A DNA stretch of 64,000 nucleotides, taken from NCBI RefSeq assembly GCF_018977255.1, contig NW_024704742.1:75642001-75706000 (forward strand), written 5' to 3'. Source of the DNA: Callorhinchus milii (lineage: Eukaryota). Each line of letters starts with the position of its first letter. Positions within the stretch are counted from its first letter, which is position 1. A program made the translations under genes and the position numbers. Below are positions 49,955 through 62,180 of the stretch, one piece after another. The notes below the pieces were generated by a model. The model had not been told where the DNA came from. It saw only the letters and a program-made list of their open reading frames with translations, and did not search any database.

Positions 49955-50482
49955 GGAGGGAGGGAGGGAGGGAGGGAGAGTGAGTGAATGAGTGTGAGTG
50001 AGTGAGTGAGTGTGAGTGAGTGAGTGAGTGAGTGAGAGTGAGTGAGTGAGTGAGAGTGAGTGAGTGAGAGTGAGTGAGTGTGAATGTAAGTGAGTGAGTG
50101 AGGGAGGGAGTGAGTGAGTGAATGTAAGTGAGTGAGGGAGGGAGGGAGTGAGGGAGTGAGTGAATGTAAGTGAGTGAGTGAGTGAGTGAGTGAATGAGGG
50201 AGTGAGTGAGTGAGAGAGTGTGAGTGAGTGAGTGAGTGAGAGTGTGAATGTAAGTGAGTGAGTGAGTGAGAGTGTGAGTGAGAGTGAGTGAGAGAGTGAG
50301 TGAGTGTGAGTGTGTGAGAGTGAGTGAGAGAGTGAGTGAGTGTGTCAGTGAGTGAGTGAGTGAGAGTGAGAGAGTGAGTGAGAGAGTGAGTGAGAGAGTG
50401 AGTGTGTGAGAGTGAGTGACTGTGTCAGTGAGTGACTGTGTCAGTGAGTGAGTGTGTCAGTGAGTGAGTGAGTGAGTGAGTG
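49955..50482. repeat. (GAGT)n microsatellite tract with variants
   Basis: Direct inspection. Confidence 0.95.
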
Positions 50483-50825
50483 GCTCAGCGCTGTCCTCAT
50501 GGGCACTGCCCGGTGCTCCAACCTCTCTCATCATTGTCCCTTATTGCAGCTCTCAGGGCAATTGGGGAAAAAGGTTGTGTGTGTGTAAAAAAAAAGCAGA
50601 TGAAATTGCTGAATGTTTTCGACCTCCAAAAAAAAGTTAAAAAGTGCAGTAAGTCGGGAGATCGCTGTTATTTTAAAAGCTTGTGCTGGTGGGGTTTAAT
50701 GCAAAGGTTTTGTCTTTATGTGAAGGAGGAAGAGAGGAGAAGTGTGTGTGTGTTTGTGTGTGTTGGGGGGGATCAGATCAGTAAGGTTATCTGGGTATAG
50801 CTGGTGGTTTTAGCCCTAAGTCAGT

Positions 50826-51182
50826 CAACAACAACAACAAGATGGCATTTATAGAGCGCCTTTCATGTTGGGAGCACGTCCCAAGGCGCTGGACAGTTGG
50901 GTCGGGACCCGAGCAGTGGGGGAAATGGTCAGGGGAGGGGAGGGAAGGGAGGGAGCGAGGAGGGGGAAATGGTCAGGGGGAGGGGAGGGAAGGGAGGGAG
51001 CGAGGAGGGGGGAAATGGTCAGGGTGAGGGGAGCGAAGGGAGGGAGCGAGGAGGGGGTAGAGAGTCGAGAGGGGAGCTGAAGGCTCGGGCAAAGAGAAAG
51101 GTCTTGAGACCAGCCTTGAAGGAGGAAAGGGAGGGAGGAAGTAAGGCGAAGGCACTGGGGGATGGAGTTCCAGAGCCCAGGG
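50826..51182 (-). mobile_element. L2 3' end with an internal about 47-bp tandem duplication
   Basis: Closely matches 2302-2560; GGGGAAATGGTCAGGG...GGGAGCGAGGAG unit repeated. Confidence 0.88.
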
Positions 51183-52174
51183 GTAGTCCATTGAAGTCAA
51201 CATCTTGAAGCATTTTAGGAGAGGGAAGGAGGGAGGTTAGTGGTCTAACTGGTTTCCTGCGATTTCCCCTCATTTGCTACTTTTGCATCAGTAACTTTTA
51301 TTCAAATACAGCCCCTCTGATCGAATTAATGTTAGGAAATGCTCATTGCTGCAGGACTGGGGGAAGAGAGGAAGACTATTTGGGGGAAAAAAAGAGAAGG
51401 GAGTTTCTCTCACTCTCTGCCTGTGTCCTGGCCAAAAATCCCCTAGCTGTTTGTGGGAACTTAAATAATAATAATGTGGTCACTCAATCCACTGCAAGTG
51501 GCTGCCGCCATTCACCCACAAAATACAGTCACTCCACTTTACAATATATTCTGTGATGTGCTTTGAGACGTCTTGAAGACATGATAAGGCGGTGTATCAA
51601 ATGCAAGGATTATTATTATTAGCTTGCTGTGCACAAATTGGCTGTCCCTTTTGCCCACAAAACACACTTCTCTACACTTCCCAGTAAATGTTATGCCATT
51701 GTTAAACCCTCGGAGATGCTATCCCATGTGACGGGCACTACATAAATGCTGTAAGTCTTGTGAGGCATTTTGAGATGTCCCTCACTTTCCCTCCCCCACC
51801 CCCCCATCCCCAGAGTCACCTGCCAAAAGCTACATCTGGTTACAGCAGCAACATCCCATGTAACCGTGCGACCCATGGGCAAGAGAGATGCTGCTTTCTC
51901 TTCATATTGCAGATGTAATCGCTTCATAACTTGTACTTTGTCATATTGCTATCTTATTTGTTTATATATTGAGATAATTGAATTCCCTGATCCCCAATGT
52001 TATTCAAGTACACAATGAAGTACTTTGAGACTTTTCAATGTGGATAAGACCTTATATCAAATGCAAGGATTATTATTATTTGATTATTATTCATCAGATG
52101 TAATGATTTTGGGCCTTTAAAATAGTCTTGTGAGCCACAGTTGGAGCAAAGTAAGTTTTCCACATCGATGTGTT

Positions 52175-52322
52175 CTGAGAGACCCTATAAATTCTTTATA
52201 ATGTACGTGAGAGTACTGTATACATTGTATTTGAGAGAACTGCATACAATTCTTAATACACTGTATATAAGAGTACCATATACAATTCTTTACAATGTAT
52301 ATGAGAACATCATACAATTCTA
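52175..52322. repeat. Degenerate about 34-bp tandem repeat
   Basis: GAGA..C.TATACAATTCTT..ACA.TGTAT recurs 4-5 times. Confidence 0.65.
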
Positions 52323-52639
52323 GATGTTTTTACTTATTTTAGAAAGGGATGAGATGAACCACCTAATTGCTCTTCAAAAAAGTCAAAATAATTGATCCAT
52401 TATTTCTTCAATATCTGTTGAATAAATTACATGTATACTGCACAGAACAACCGCAGATGATGAATATTGACAGTGCAGTGAGTTCACAGAGCAGGGAAAC
52501 GTTTACTTTTTAAATCTTGAGTAGGGAAAACGTTTTGGAGTTTGCACTACTTCTTTTGGTGTATGTTGTGTAATTTGTGTTGTAACATTGTAAACCTCGC
52601 CTCTGATACAGTTCCCACTTACGTCAAAAGTGCTGCCTC

Positions 52640-53965
52640 TCTCCCCCACCCCCCATCTCAATAAAACCTCACTCACCCCTTCCAAATCTGTCAAATTGCC
52701 AGCCCATCTCACCAACCTGCCTTTCCTCTCCAAGGTACTGGAGTGAGTGTTTCCACAGTACCGAAACTGCACCGCTCAGAGTCACCAATGACATTCTCTC
52801 TCTGTGACCAGGGCTCTTTGACTTCTTGCTCTCCTTGATCTCTGCCGCTTTCGACATTGTTGACCACTCTATCCTTCCCCTCCTCTCTTCTCAGCTCCAC
52901 CTTCATTGTTTTGTCCTTTCCTGGGTTCACTCTTACATGCCCCAGCATCTCCACCTAGTCTCTTCAGACAGCCTCTCCTCCTGCCCCCTCAATCTCATGT
53001 GGCTTTCCTCAGGACTTTATCTTTGGTCCCTCTCTTCTTCATTATCTATACGCTCCCACTCTGTCATATCATCCACAGACATGGAATGGTGTCGCCAAGC
53101 GGGAGCAAGTAGATAATGAAATCTGTTACTCTGTGTCTACCCTCAACTCCAAGAGCCTGGATGAGCTTTACTTTTCTTCAGTTCAGTGTTGATAAGTCAG
53201 AGGCTCTACTGCTTGGTTCAAATCAGTACTTTCTCATCTCAGGCACTGACTGCATCAACCTGCAGGGATGCATGTTTTGTTTGGCTCCTGACTGTCTTTC
53301 AAACCCCCTCATCCGGGTTCTGATCTGCTCAGCTTTCCCTCACCTCCATAACACTGCTCCCTACCTTCCGTCACTATCTCTGTTCTTGGGTTACCGAGAC
53401 TCTCAACCATGACTTTTATCATGTCCAGGCTTGTTAATATCAATGCTCTGCCTGCCAGATTCCACAGCTCTTCTGTACACAGTATGCAGACTGTCCAGAA
53501 CTATGCAGCCCATGTCCTCTCCTGCACCAGACTCCGCAGGCTTATCACCCAATCCTTGCTCAGCTCCATTGGCTCCACATCCCCTCAGGGATTGTTCTCA
53601 CTTTCAGATTCCTCCCCACTCTGCGACCTCCTTCATCCACACTCACCTGGCCTCTCCCTTTACTCCATGGGCTCCAGCCTGCTTCATGTCTCCTGTCCTA
53701 TCCGCCGCACCATCAATTGGTGGGCTCTCAGCCATTGTGCCCCTGCTTTCTGGAACTCCAGAAGCAGAGGTCCTTCCATCCAGCTCCCTCCCTCCCCTCC
53801 TTCAAAGCACATCTCAAAATCTATCTCTTTGACTGTGCTTTTGGTCATTATTTCCCTCCACACACTACTCCGTTCCCATACCCAGCTCGGGTGCTCATCC
53901 AGCTTTGTCAGGTGCTTTGAGATGTCCTCTTGATGTGAAAGGTGCTATATGAATGTCAATTGTAT
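52640..53965 (+). mobile_element. Old, heavily mutated L2 RT-to-3' fragment
   Basis: SAAFDIVDHSIL, FIMSRL, VQNYAAHVL remnants and L2 tail. Confidence 0.8.
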
Positions 53966-55716
53966 TATATTCTTATTTGAAAAATGTTGTCTTCAGCCTG
54001 GGCACCAGTAGAAGAGCACCTTCGAGCAGACAGAGGGAAAAGCTCCCAAAACTCCCATTCCTGAGAGCGGATTCTTGGGTGCAAAGTGTTGCAGGGATAC
54101 TTTCAGATGGACTAAGACAGTAAGATGTTGTTGTTGACGACAGAGTCCACAGTTCTTAAGGGCAATTCCAGAATAGACACCAGGAAGTATATCTTTACTC
54201 AGAGGGTAATTAATAACTGCAACAAGTTACCAGGAAAGGTGGTAGAGGCCAGAGGGATGAGATTAAATTTCAAATCAGCACCTCGTGGCATCCTCCTGAT
54301 GTGAAAGATGCTTCTTTAATGTAAATTTCTATTGTAATTTGTATATTACATTTTGCCTATAAAATATACATTCATTACATTTTAAAGTAAAATCTGTGAT
54401 GTGCTTTGAGACATCTTCGTGATGTGAAAGGCATTATATCAAATGTAGGCATTATTATAAATGGGTCGAAAGGCCTTCTTCATCTGAACCGCTCTTGTGA
54501 TTTTGTGTGATGATGGGAATAGCCTTGACTATGGCATTCCAAGGTTGAAACACCCTATGGACACTGACTATAAACTTGCAGGTGAAGAATATTCAGTCTA
54601 GTTAGTAATAGAGGACAGCTGAGGATTAGCAGCATTTCAACAACCATAACTTGCACTTATATAACGCCCTCCATGCAGGGTAGTGTCACAGATTGGGGAG
54701 GACAAGTTTGCAGAGTTATGGGGAGAGAACGGGAGGGGGGGGAGGATTTGGTGAGAAGTGAGCATGAATGGCACAATTAAAGTTTAAGTTGGTGGTAAGG
54801 AGAGGAAAATCAGTTGGTAGATTCTATTGTTGGAGTTTAATGTGTGCAGCTGTGGGTGAGTCAGCAGTTAGCAGTTATTGCTAAATGAGCTATTGGAACT
54901 GGTGCTGACTGGACTATTTGGAACCAGGTTTGTGGTGTAAAAAGGAAGAGGCGGAGAGAAAGCCCCTGAACCAGACAGCAAAAAAAATTGAAGAAAAACC
55001 TTAGGCTACTCACTGGGTAATGTTACACAGTATAAGAACCTCCTGCTGCAAACTTTTTTGTTGCACCTGAATCGTACTTTTGCCTATGTCATTAGTTCTG
55101 ACATGAACCACAGCTTCTGACTTCTTCCCTTCCCCTCTCTATAAACCTTCTGCACTCATTCCATTTCACCCCTTACTCAGGCCCCTGGGAGACAGCACAC
55201 CATTCAGGACTCATGGGTTGGTTCAGTTCTTGCAATGAATGTTCACTCCACTCAATAGCAAATCTCCCACTATCACTGAATGACTGCACATATCTCTTCC
55301 CCGTTAGAGAACTACTTTTCTCATGGTACCGCGGTGTTACTTGTGGCTGTCTAGAGTTTGCACCCTCCCTCATCTCGTTCAAGGTCTCTTTCAAGACAGC
55401 TTTCAGTCATCTTTCCCCTCCCCACACCCAGCTCAGGAGCTCATTCAGCAGTGGCAAGCATTTGAGATATCTTCCCAACATGAACGGTGCAAGTGTAAGT
55501 GTAAGAAAGTTGTATTGCATTGAATATTGATTCGTCAAAGCAATTCACTACCTTTGTCTCTGCTTTGCTCCTCAATGATGATCACTTGATTATTATCATC
55601 ATCCTCTTATCACCCAATTCACCAGGGGTAAGCGGTGACCACCTTAAAGTGGCTTAACACAGCCCCCGGGACCTCTTCTCAATTCCTTTTGCTTACCGTT
55701 ACCATCTTGGAAAATC

Positions 55717-58700
55717 AGAATCATAGAATTACACAGCACAGAAGGAGGCCATTCGGCCCATCGTGGTTGTGCTGGCTCTTTGAAAAGAGTTATCCAATTC
55801 AATCCCGCTCCCCCGTTCTCTCCCCATAACTCTGCAAACTTGTCCTCCCCAAATAATTATCCACTTCTCTCTTAAAAGTTGTTATCAAATCAGTTTCCGC
55901 CACAGTTTCAGGCAATGCATTCCAAATCTGAACAACTGTGTGAAAACATTTCTCCTCACTTCCCCTCTGTTTCTTTTAACAACTATTTTAAATTGGTGCC
56001 CTTGGGTTACTGACCCACCGACCAGTGGAAATCGTTTCTCCTTGTTCATCCTAACTAATCCCCTCATAATTTTGGAAACTTCTATTAAGTCTCCTCTTAA
56101 CCTTCTCTGCTCCAAAGACAATAATCCTAGCTTCTCTAGTCTCTCCTGATAACTGAAGTTTCTCATTCCTGGCATTATTCTGGTAAATCTCCTTTGCACC
56201 TTCTCCAATGCCTTGACATCCTTCCTAAAATGTGGTGCCCAGAACTGAACGCAGTACTCTAGCTGAGGCCTAACCAGTGTTTTATAAAGGTTCATCATAA
56301 CTTCCTGACTTTTGTATTCCATACCCTATTTATAAAGCATAGTATCCCATAAGCTTTTTTAACAGCTTTATCTACCTGTTCTGCCATCTTCAAAGATTTA
56401 CTTATATGAACCCTCAGGTCTGTCTGTTCCTTCACCCCCTTTAAGATTGTACCATCTAGCTTATTACTGCCTCTTATTCTTCCTCCCAAAATTCATCACT
56501 TCACATTTCTCCACATTAAACTTCATCTGCTACGTGTCTGCCATTTTACCAGTCTGCTACTATCCTCTTCACTGTTTACTACTTTTACCAGCTTAGTATC
56601 ATCTGCGAACTTGGAAGTATACTCCCTATCCCCAAATCCAAGTTATTTATATAGGTCAAAAACAGCAGTGATCCCAATACTGACCCCTGGGGGACACCAC
56701 TGCACACTTACCTCCAGTCAGAAAAACAACCATTTACCACCACTTTCTGTCTCCCAGCCAGTTCTGTATCCATGCTGCTACTGTTCCTTTAATGCCGTGG
56801 GCTTCTATTTTACTTACAAGTCTCTTATGTGGCACTTTATCAAACACCTTTTGAAAATCCATATAAACTACATCAACTGCACTACCTTCATCCACCCTCT
56901 CCGTTACTTCATCAAAAACTCTTATCAGGTTTGTTAGACATGATTTGCCTTTAACAAATCCATGTTGGCTGTCCTTTATTAACCCTTTTTTTAAAAAAGT
57001 GAAAATTTATTTTGTCCTGGGTTATATTATCTAGAAGTTTCCCCATTACTGATGTTAGGCTGACTGGCCCGTAGTTCCCCAGTTTATTCCTTCTGTTCCT
57101 TTTTGTACAGGGAGGATTGAAAGATTGTGGCCAGAGCCTCAGTTATTTCCACCCTTACTTCCCTCAGTAAGCTAGGATGCATCCCGTCCGGACAGGGTGA
57201 CTTAACTACCTTGAGCACCGACAACCTTTTTAGTACCTCATCTCGGTTTATTCTTATCCAATTTCTCTACCCTCTCCTCCGATACTGTGGCATTGGCTGA
57301 ATACCTCTTTTGTGAAGACAGATGCAAAGTACTCATTCAGTACTTCAGCCATGCCCTCTGCCTCCACAAGATTTCCTCTTTGGTCCCTAATTGGACCCGC
57401 CCTACCTTTGACTAACCTTTTATTTATATGCGTATAAAATACTTTAGGGTTCCCTTTTATGTTACCCGATACTCTTTTCTCATACAATCCCTTTGCCCCT
57501 CTTATTTCCTTCTTGATTTCTTCTTGAGTTCTCCTCTGTAGTTTCTATATTCTATTTGATTATCTTCTGTATTTTGAACCTGACATTTATCATAAGCATC
57601 CTTTTTCTGTTTTATTTTAATCCCAGTTTCCTTATTCATCCAGGGAAGTTTGGATGCCCTACCTTTCCCCTTTGTGGGAATGTATTTGTTCTGTCCCCAA
57701 ACTATCTCCTGCTTGAAGGCTTCTCATTGTTCGTTAGTTGTGTTTATCTGTTGCAATGTTGTGATCACTGTTGTCAGATGCTCTCCTACTGAAACCCGCT
57801 CAACTTACCCCATTTCATTCCCCAGAACTAGATTCACCACTGCTTCCTTGTTGGGCTGGAAACATACTGGTCCAGAAAGTTGTCCTGCACACATTTCAGG
57901 AATCCTTCTCCCTCCTTGTCCTTTACACTGTTATTTTGCCAGTCTATGTTAGGATAATTGAAGACCCCATTATATCACCACTTATTGGTTTTGCATCTTT
58001 CTGAAATCTGCTTATAGATTTGCTCGTCTATCTCCTTCCTACCATTTGGTGGTCTATGGTATACATCTAACAGAGTAACAGCTCCTTTTCTGCTCCTTAA
58101 CCAAGTAGATTCTGTTTTTGGACTCTCTAGCACATCGTCCCTTTCCAGGGCCATAACCATGTCTTTAATTAATATGGCCATCCCTCCTCCTTTTTTCCTT
58201 CCCTATCCCTCCTGAATACATTGTAGCCAGGAATATTCAGCTCTCATTCCTGCCCATGTTTGAGCCAGGTCTCCGTTATTGCTGCTACATCATAACCCCA
58301 TGTGGCAACTTGAGCCGCAGCTCACCAATCTCATTTGTCACACTCCATGCATTTACGCACATGCACTTAGTCTGTTCTGCATTTCTCCCCCATCTAATCC
58401 CTTGTTTTTCTTGATTATTCCTGATACCATTGATATTCATCTCTCCCAGCCCTCTATATAACTTGTTTGTCCTCTCAATACTGCATCCTGATTCCCTTTC
58501 CCCCTCAAAATTAGTTTAAACCCTTCCCCACAGGACTAGTTAACCTTCCTGCAAGGACATTGGTCCCAGCCCTGTTCAGGTGTAACCCATCCACCTTGTA
58601 CAGGTCCCAGCTGCCCTAGAAGTGGTCCCAGTGATGCAGGAACCTGAAGCCCTCCTTTCTGCACCATTTCTCCAGCCATGCATTCATGTGTTTGATCCTG

Positions 58701-58890
58701 CTGTTATGATACTCACTTGCATGAGGCACTGGGAGTAATCCAGAGATCACCACCTTTGAGATCCTACTCTTTAGATTTTTCCCTAGCTTCTGATACTCTC
58801 CCTGTAGGATCTCAGCCCTTTTTTCCCTACGTCATGGATCCCAACATGGACCACAACTTCTGGATGTTCCCCTTCTCCTTGTAGAATGTT
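55717..58890 (-). mobile_element. Long degenerate CR1 LINE: ORF1 esterase remnant + EN + RT + 3' tail
   Basis: ORF1 remnant MNAWLEKWCRKEGFRFLHHWDHF*GSWDLYKVDGLHLNRAGTNVLAG (about 58550-58690, SGNH-type DGLH); ORF2 pieces VYHRPPN, IKGNPKVFY...AEVLNEYFASVFTKE, LVRPQLEYCVQFWAP; tail ATTCTATGATTCT. Confidence 0.92.
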
Positions 58891-58904
58891 TTGCACCCAT
58901 TGAG

Positions 58905-59066
58905 TCAATGTTTCGGATCCACAACCCTTCGACAGAACAGGTCGTGCACCCAAAACATTGCCTCACTCTCCTTTCTGCATAAATGCTGCCTGACCTGCCG
59001 AGTGTTCCCAGCAACTTCTGTTTTTGTTTCAGATTTCCAGCATCTGCAGTATTTTGCGTTTTGTTC
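58905..59066 (+). mobile_element. Penelope-type terminal-repeat fragment with inverted hammerhead-like motifs
   Basis: ATGCTGCCTGACCTGCCGAGTGTTCCCAGCAAC...TTTCAGATTTCCAGCATCTGCAG, shared with 60830-60930. Penelope assignment from memory of shark repeats. Confidence 0.55.
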
Positions 59067-60014
59067 TTGCAAGTGTCAGTCTGGCTCAGTTGGTAGCACT
59101 CTCACCTCTGTCAGACGTCTGTAGGTGACTCAGATCCCTTAATCAGGAATCCCATTTCCCGAAATACCCCAAATTTGACACCATGTTTGCAAAAGTATCC
59201 ACAAGGTCCACTGGAGTGCTTTCTACAGCACTCATATCTCTGTTTCTGAGGCTTTCCGCCTATGAACGTGTTCTCTCTCTGATCCTCTACTATACGTGTG
59301 TTGGATCATTGTACCCTGTGTTTCCATTTCAAACACACACTTGAGCACACTGCTGCTGCTAAGGACGTGCGGAATTCAAGATCTTCTCCCAACATTTCAG
59401 TGTCTTGTTGCTTCTGAGATTTTAGCCCTGTTGAGAATAAGCAGACATGCTGTTAAGCAGCGGTCAGATATGCGGCCCTCTTTTGTAGAAAGTTAAGCTG
59501 CTGTTTGAAAGCACAAATGTGATTCAATACAAATGTAGATGGAGCATTGTTTAAAAGGGAGATAGATATTTGGGAAGCGAAGGTTATGGAGAAAAGGCAT
59601 AGAAATTAGTTTAAAATATCTGTAATGAACCAATAATAGGCTTGACGGGCTGGTTGGCGTCTCCTTTCTATAACTGGAGTAGCTGTAGATTAGACACTAT
59701 TTCTTGGACGTTCAAGGCAAACAAATTGTAGTGAACTATTTTAACCAATTTAAGCATTGTCATGCACTTGAGTTCTCAGTATACAGGTGTTTTATTTCTC
59801 ACGACTCACTCATAGTTCAAAGTATACCCATACCTGTATTGAAACGATTATTATGTTTTTGGTTATTATCTGAATTTTTCATTTCAGTGATGTTACAGCA
59901 GCCTGTCCAATAAGCCTTACCTGGCAGCATCTTGCTTGTTTACTACACAATCTTGGTGACTAGTGGTGACTTTTCAAAGATGATGTTCTTCAGGCTATCT
60001 GTCCTGGACACTCA

Positions 60015-60824
60015 TCTATCAATTATATACTAATAAAACAACATGTCTGTCTGTCTGTCTGTCTGTCTGACAATCACGCAATAACCGATTAACGTAGAGA
60101 CATGATTTATACCTCATTGGAAATGTCTTGCATCTGGCAGTGTCATGGGCATATTTTTGGGGCGATCTCCTATCGTTGATGAACTGTATTAAAAATTAAG
60201 CCCCAAAATATGAGTTATCCTAAATCATGTCTCTACGTCAATCGCTTGTGACATCATATACCCACTGCGACATCATGTCCATTGCGATATATAGTATATA
60301 ATAATCTGTGAGACTGTGAGAGAAAATATATTATAAAGTGTGAGAGAGGGTGAGAGAGACAGAGACTGTGAGAAGAAATATATTGCAGGAGTCCTTCCAG
60401 CTGAGTATACATAAAGACAAAATGTCTGTCTATGTGTTAATCTACAACTGTGGAGTCCTGTAGCTCAGTGGTTAGAGCACTCGCTTTGCAAGTGAGAGAC
60501 CTGAGTTCAATTCCAGGCAGAGGGCGAAACCTTGGGCAAGTTTCCTTACTCCACACAGAGCCTAATAATAATTCCTCCAAAAACCAAAAACAATAATAAA
60601 TTGGTCATTTTCAATCTACGTTTGTGGGACATTGCTGTGCGCAATTGGCTGCCGCGTTCGCCCACAAATATACAGTCAATTCACTTTACAGTGTGTTCTG
60701 TGAAGCGCTTTGGGACGTCCACCCGACGTGAAAAGCGCTATATCAAATGCAAGGATTATTATTATTATTATTATTCCATATTGGATCCTTTGGTTGCAAG
60801 CGAAGCTGCAACGGGTACAGCTAG
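60015..60824 (+). mobile_element. Non-autonomous Helitron-like element containing a nested SINE
   Basis: A|TC 5' end (TCTATCAATTATATACTAATAAAAC), (GTCT)n near the 5' end, 3' hairpin GTTGCA-AGCGAAGC-TGCAAC then GGGTACAG-CTAG|T; no TSD. Confidence 0.7.
60452..60775 (+). mobile_element. Full-length young tRNA-derived SINE nested in the Helitron-like element
   Basis: Near-identical to the other young copies. Confidence 0.92.
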
Positions 60825-60829
60825 TCTTG

Positions 60830-60930
60830 TATATAAACAGAAGCTGCTGGGAACACTCAGTAGATCAGGCAGCACCTATGGAGAGAGGAAAGAGAGTTAA
60901 TGTTTCAGGTCGATGACCTTTCGTCAGGAA
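60830..60930 (-). mobile_element. Penelope-type terminal-repeat fragment with hammerhead-like core
   Basis: Minus strand CTGACGA-A-AGGTC-ATC-GACCT-GAAAC...TGCTGCCTGATCTACTGAGTGTTCCCAGCAGC. Confidence 0.55.
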
Positions 60931-61954
60931 ATCATCTTATATAGGTTGAGTTACACTTACAATCTGGACTTGGGCAGAAGGGGCTTCATAAATAATGTGA
61001 TGCCAATTATGAGGAAGACAAATGTACATATAGGTGGCAAATGGTGTTCAATGAAGTAAAATGTGGTCTTGTGTTTTGAGAGGAGGAACACAAGAGAAGA
61101 GTTGCACTGCGTACACTCAGTGACTGTGGGGCAACTTGTGGAGGAGCAGCCTGACCCAGAACTACAGAACTGCACAGTAGGTCTTTGAAGCTTGATGTGG
61201 AAGTGGACAAGTTAACATAACAAATGCAAATGAAAGGTAACTGAGAACAGAATTGTTGCCTCCAAACTGTAATTTCAAAGGTTTCTGTAGGTTTTCGGTT
61301 GTGATGCAGAAAAACTAATATTACAGCAATTAAGCTGGTCAGGAAAATATTATTTACTGTAATATGGACCCACAGACAACAACAACAACTTGCATTTATA
61401 TGTCGCCGTTCAGATAAGGTAGCGTCTCGGAGTGCTAAACAGTTGTGTACGAGTGAGCAACGCAGTTGCTGTGATCATTACGTTTATTAGAAGGGAAAAA
61501 AACAAAGAAGTCTGTTAATTTTGTCTTTTGCACGCAGTGGTAGTCTGTTTGGTTACTTGGGGCTATTGCCCCATATCCACTCTAGAGGTGCCATTTACTT
61601 TGCCAGCAAAATATAGTCACTAGACACAACGGTAATTCCTGTCGAACGCTGTGAGTCATTTTGACCATGCGGTAAGGTGGTATATCAATGGCAAATATTA
61701 CTGTTACTCCCTCGCTGGCAAAAAAACAACATGACTGGAGCTGTGAGGATCTCGAGGGCTTGGATAGAGCTACAGAAACAAACGGGAAAGTACTCAGTTA
61801 TACTGTACGAGGAGAACAGACCGACTGTGAGCTGGCTGTAAATCACACCCCTAGCTCCTAGTCACGTCTCTTGCTTGCATTGCCTGTCAACAAGATGACT
61901 CCCAGTTACAAGAATGTCTCCTTGCCATTTGTGTAGCACCTTAGCACCATCACA

Positions 61955-62180
61955 GTGTGGTGTTCCCCAGGGCTCTGTCCTCGGTTCCCTCCTCTTCAAT
62001 ATCTTGGTCCACATCATCATGTGGGGTCAACTTCCGCATTTATGCGGATGACACCCAACTCTTTCTCTCTGCCTCGACTGTTGATTCCAGGACCTCTGCT
62101 TTCTTGGTAGATTGTCTGACAGGGATGTCCTTCCATTGTGAAAGGTGCTATATGAATGCAATTTGTTGTTGTTGTTATTG
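61955..62180 (+). mobile_element. L2 RT core joined directly to the 3' tail
   Basis: GVPQGSVLG and GVNFRIYADDTQLF, then GTGAAAGGTGCTATATGAATGCAA(TTG)n. Confidence 0.8.
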
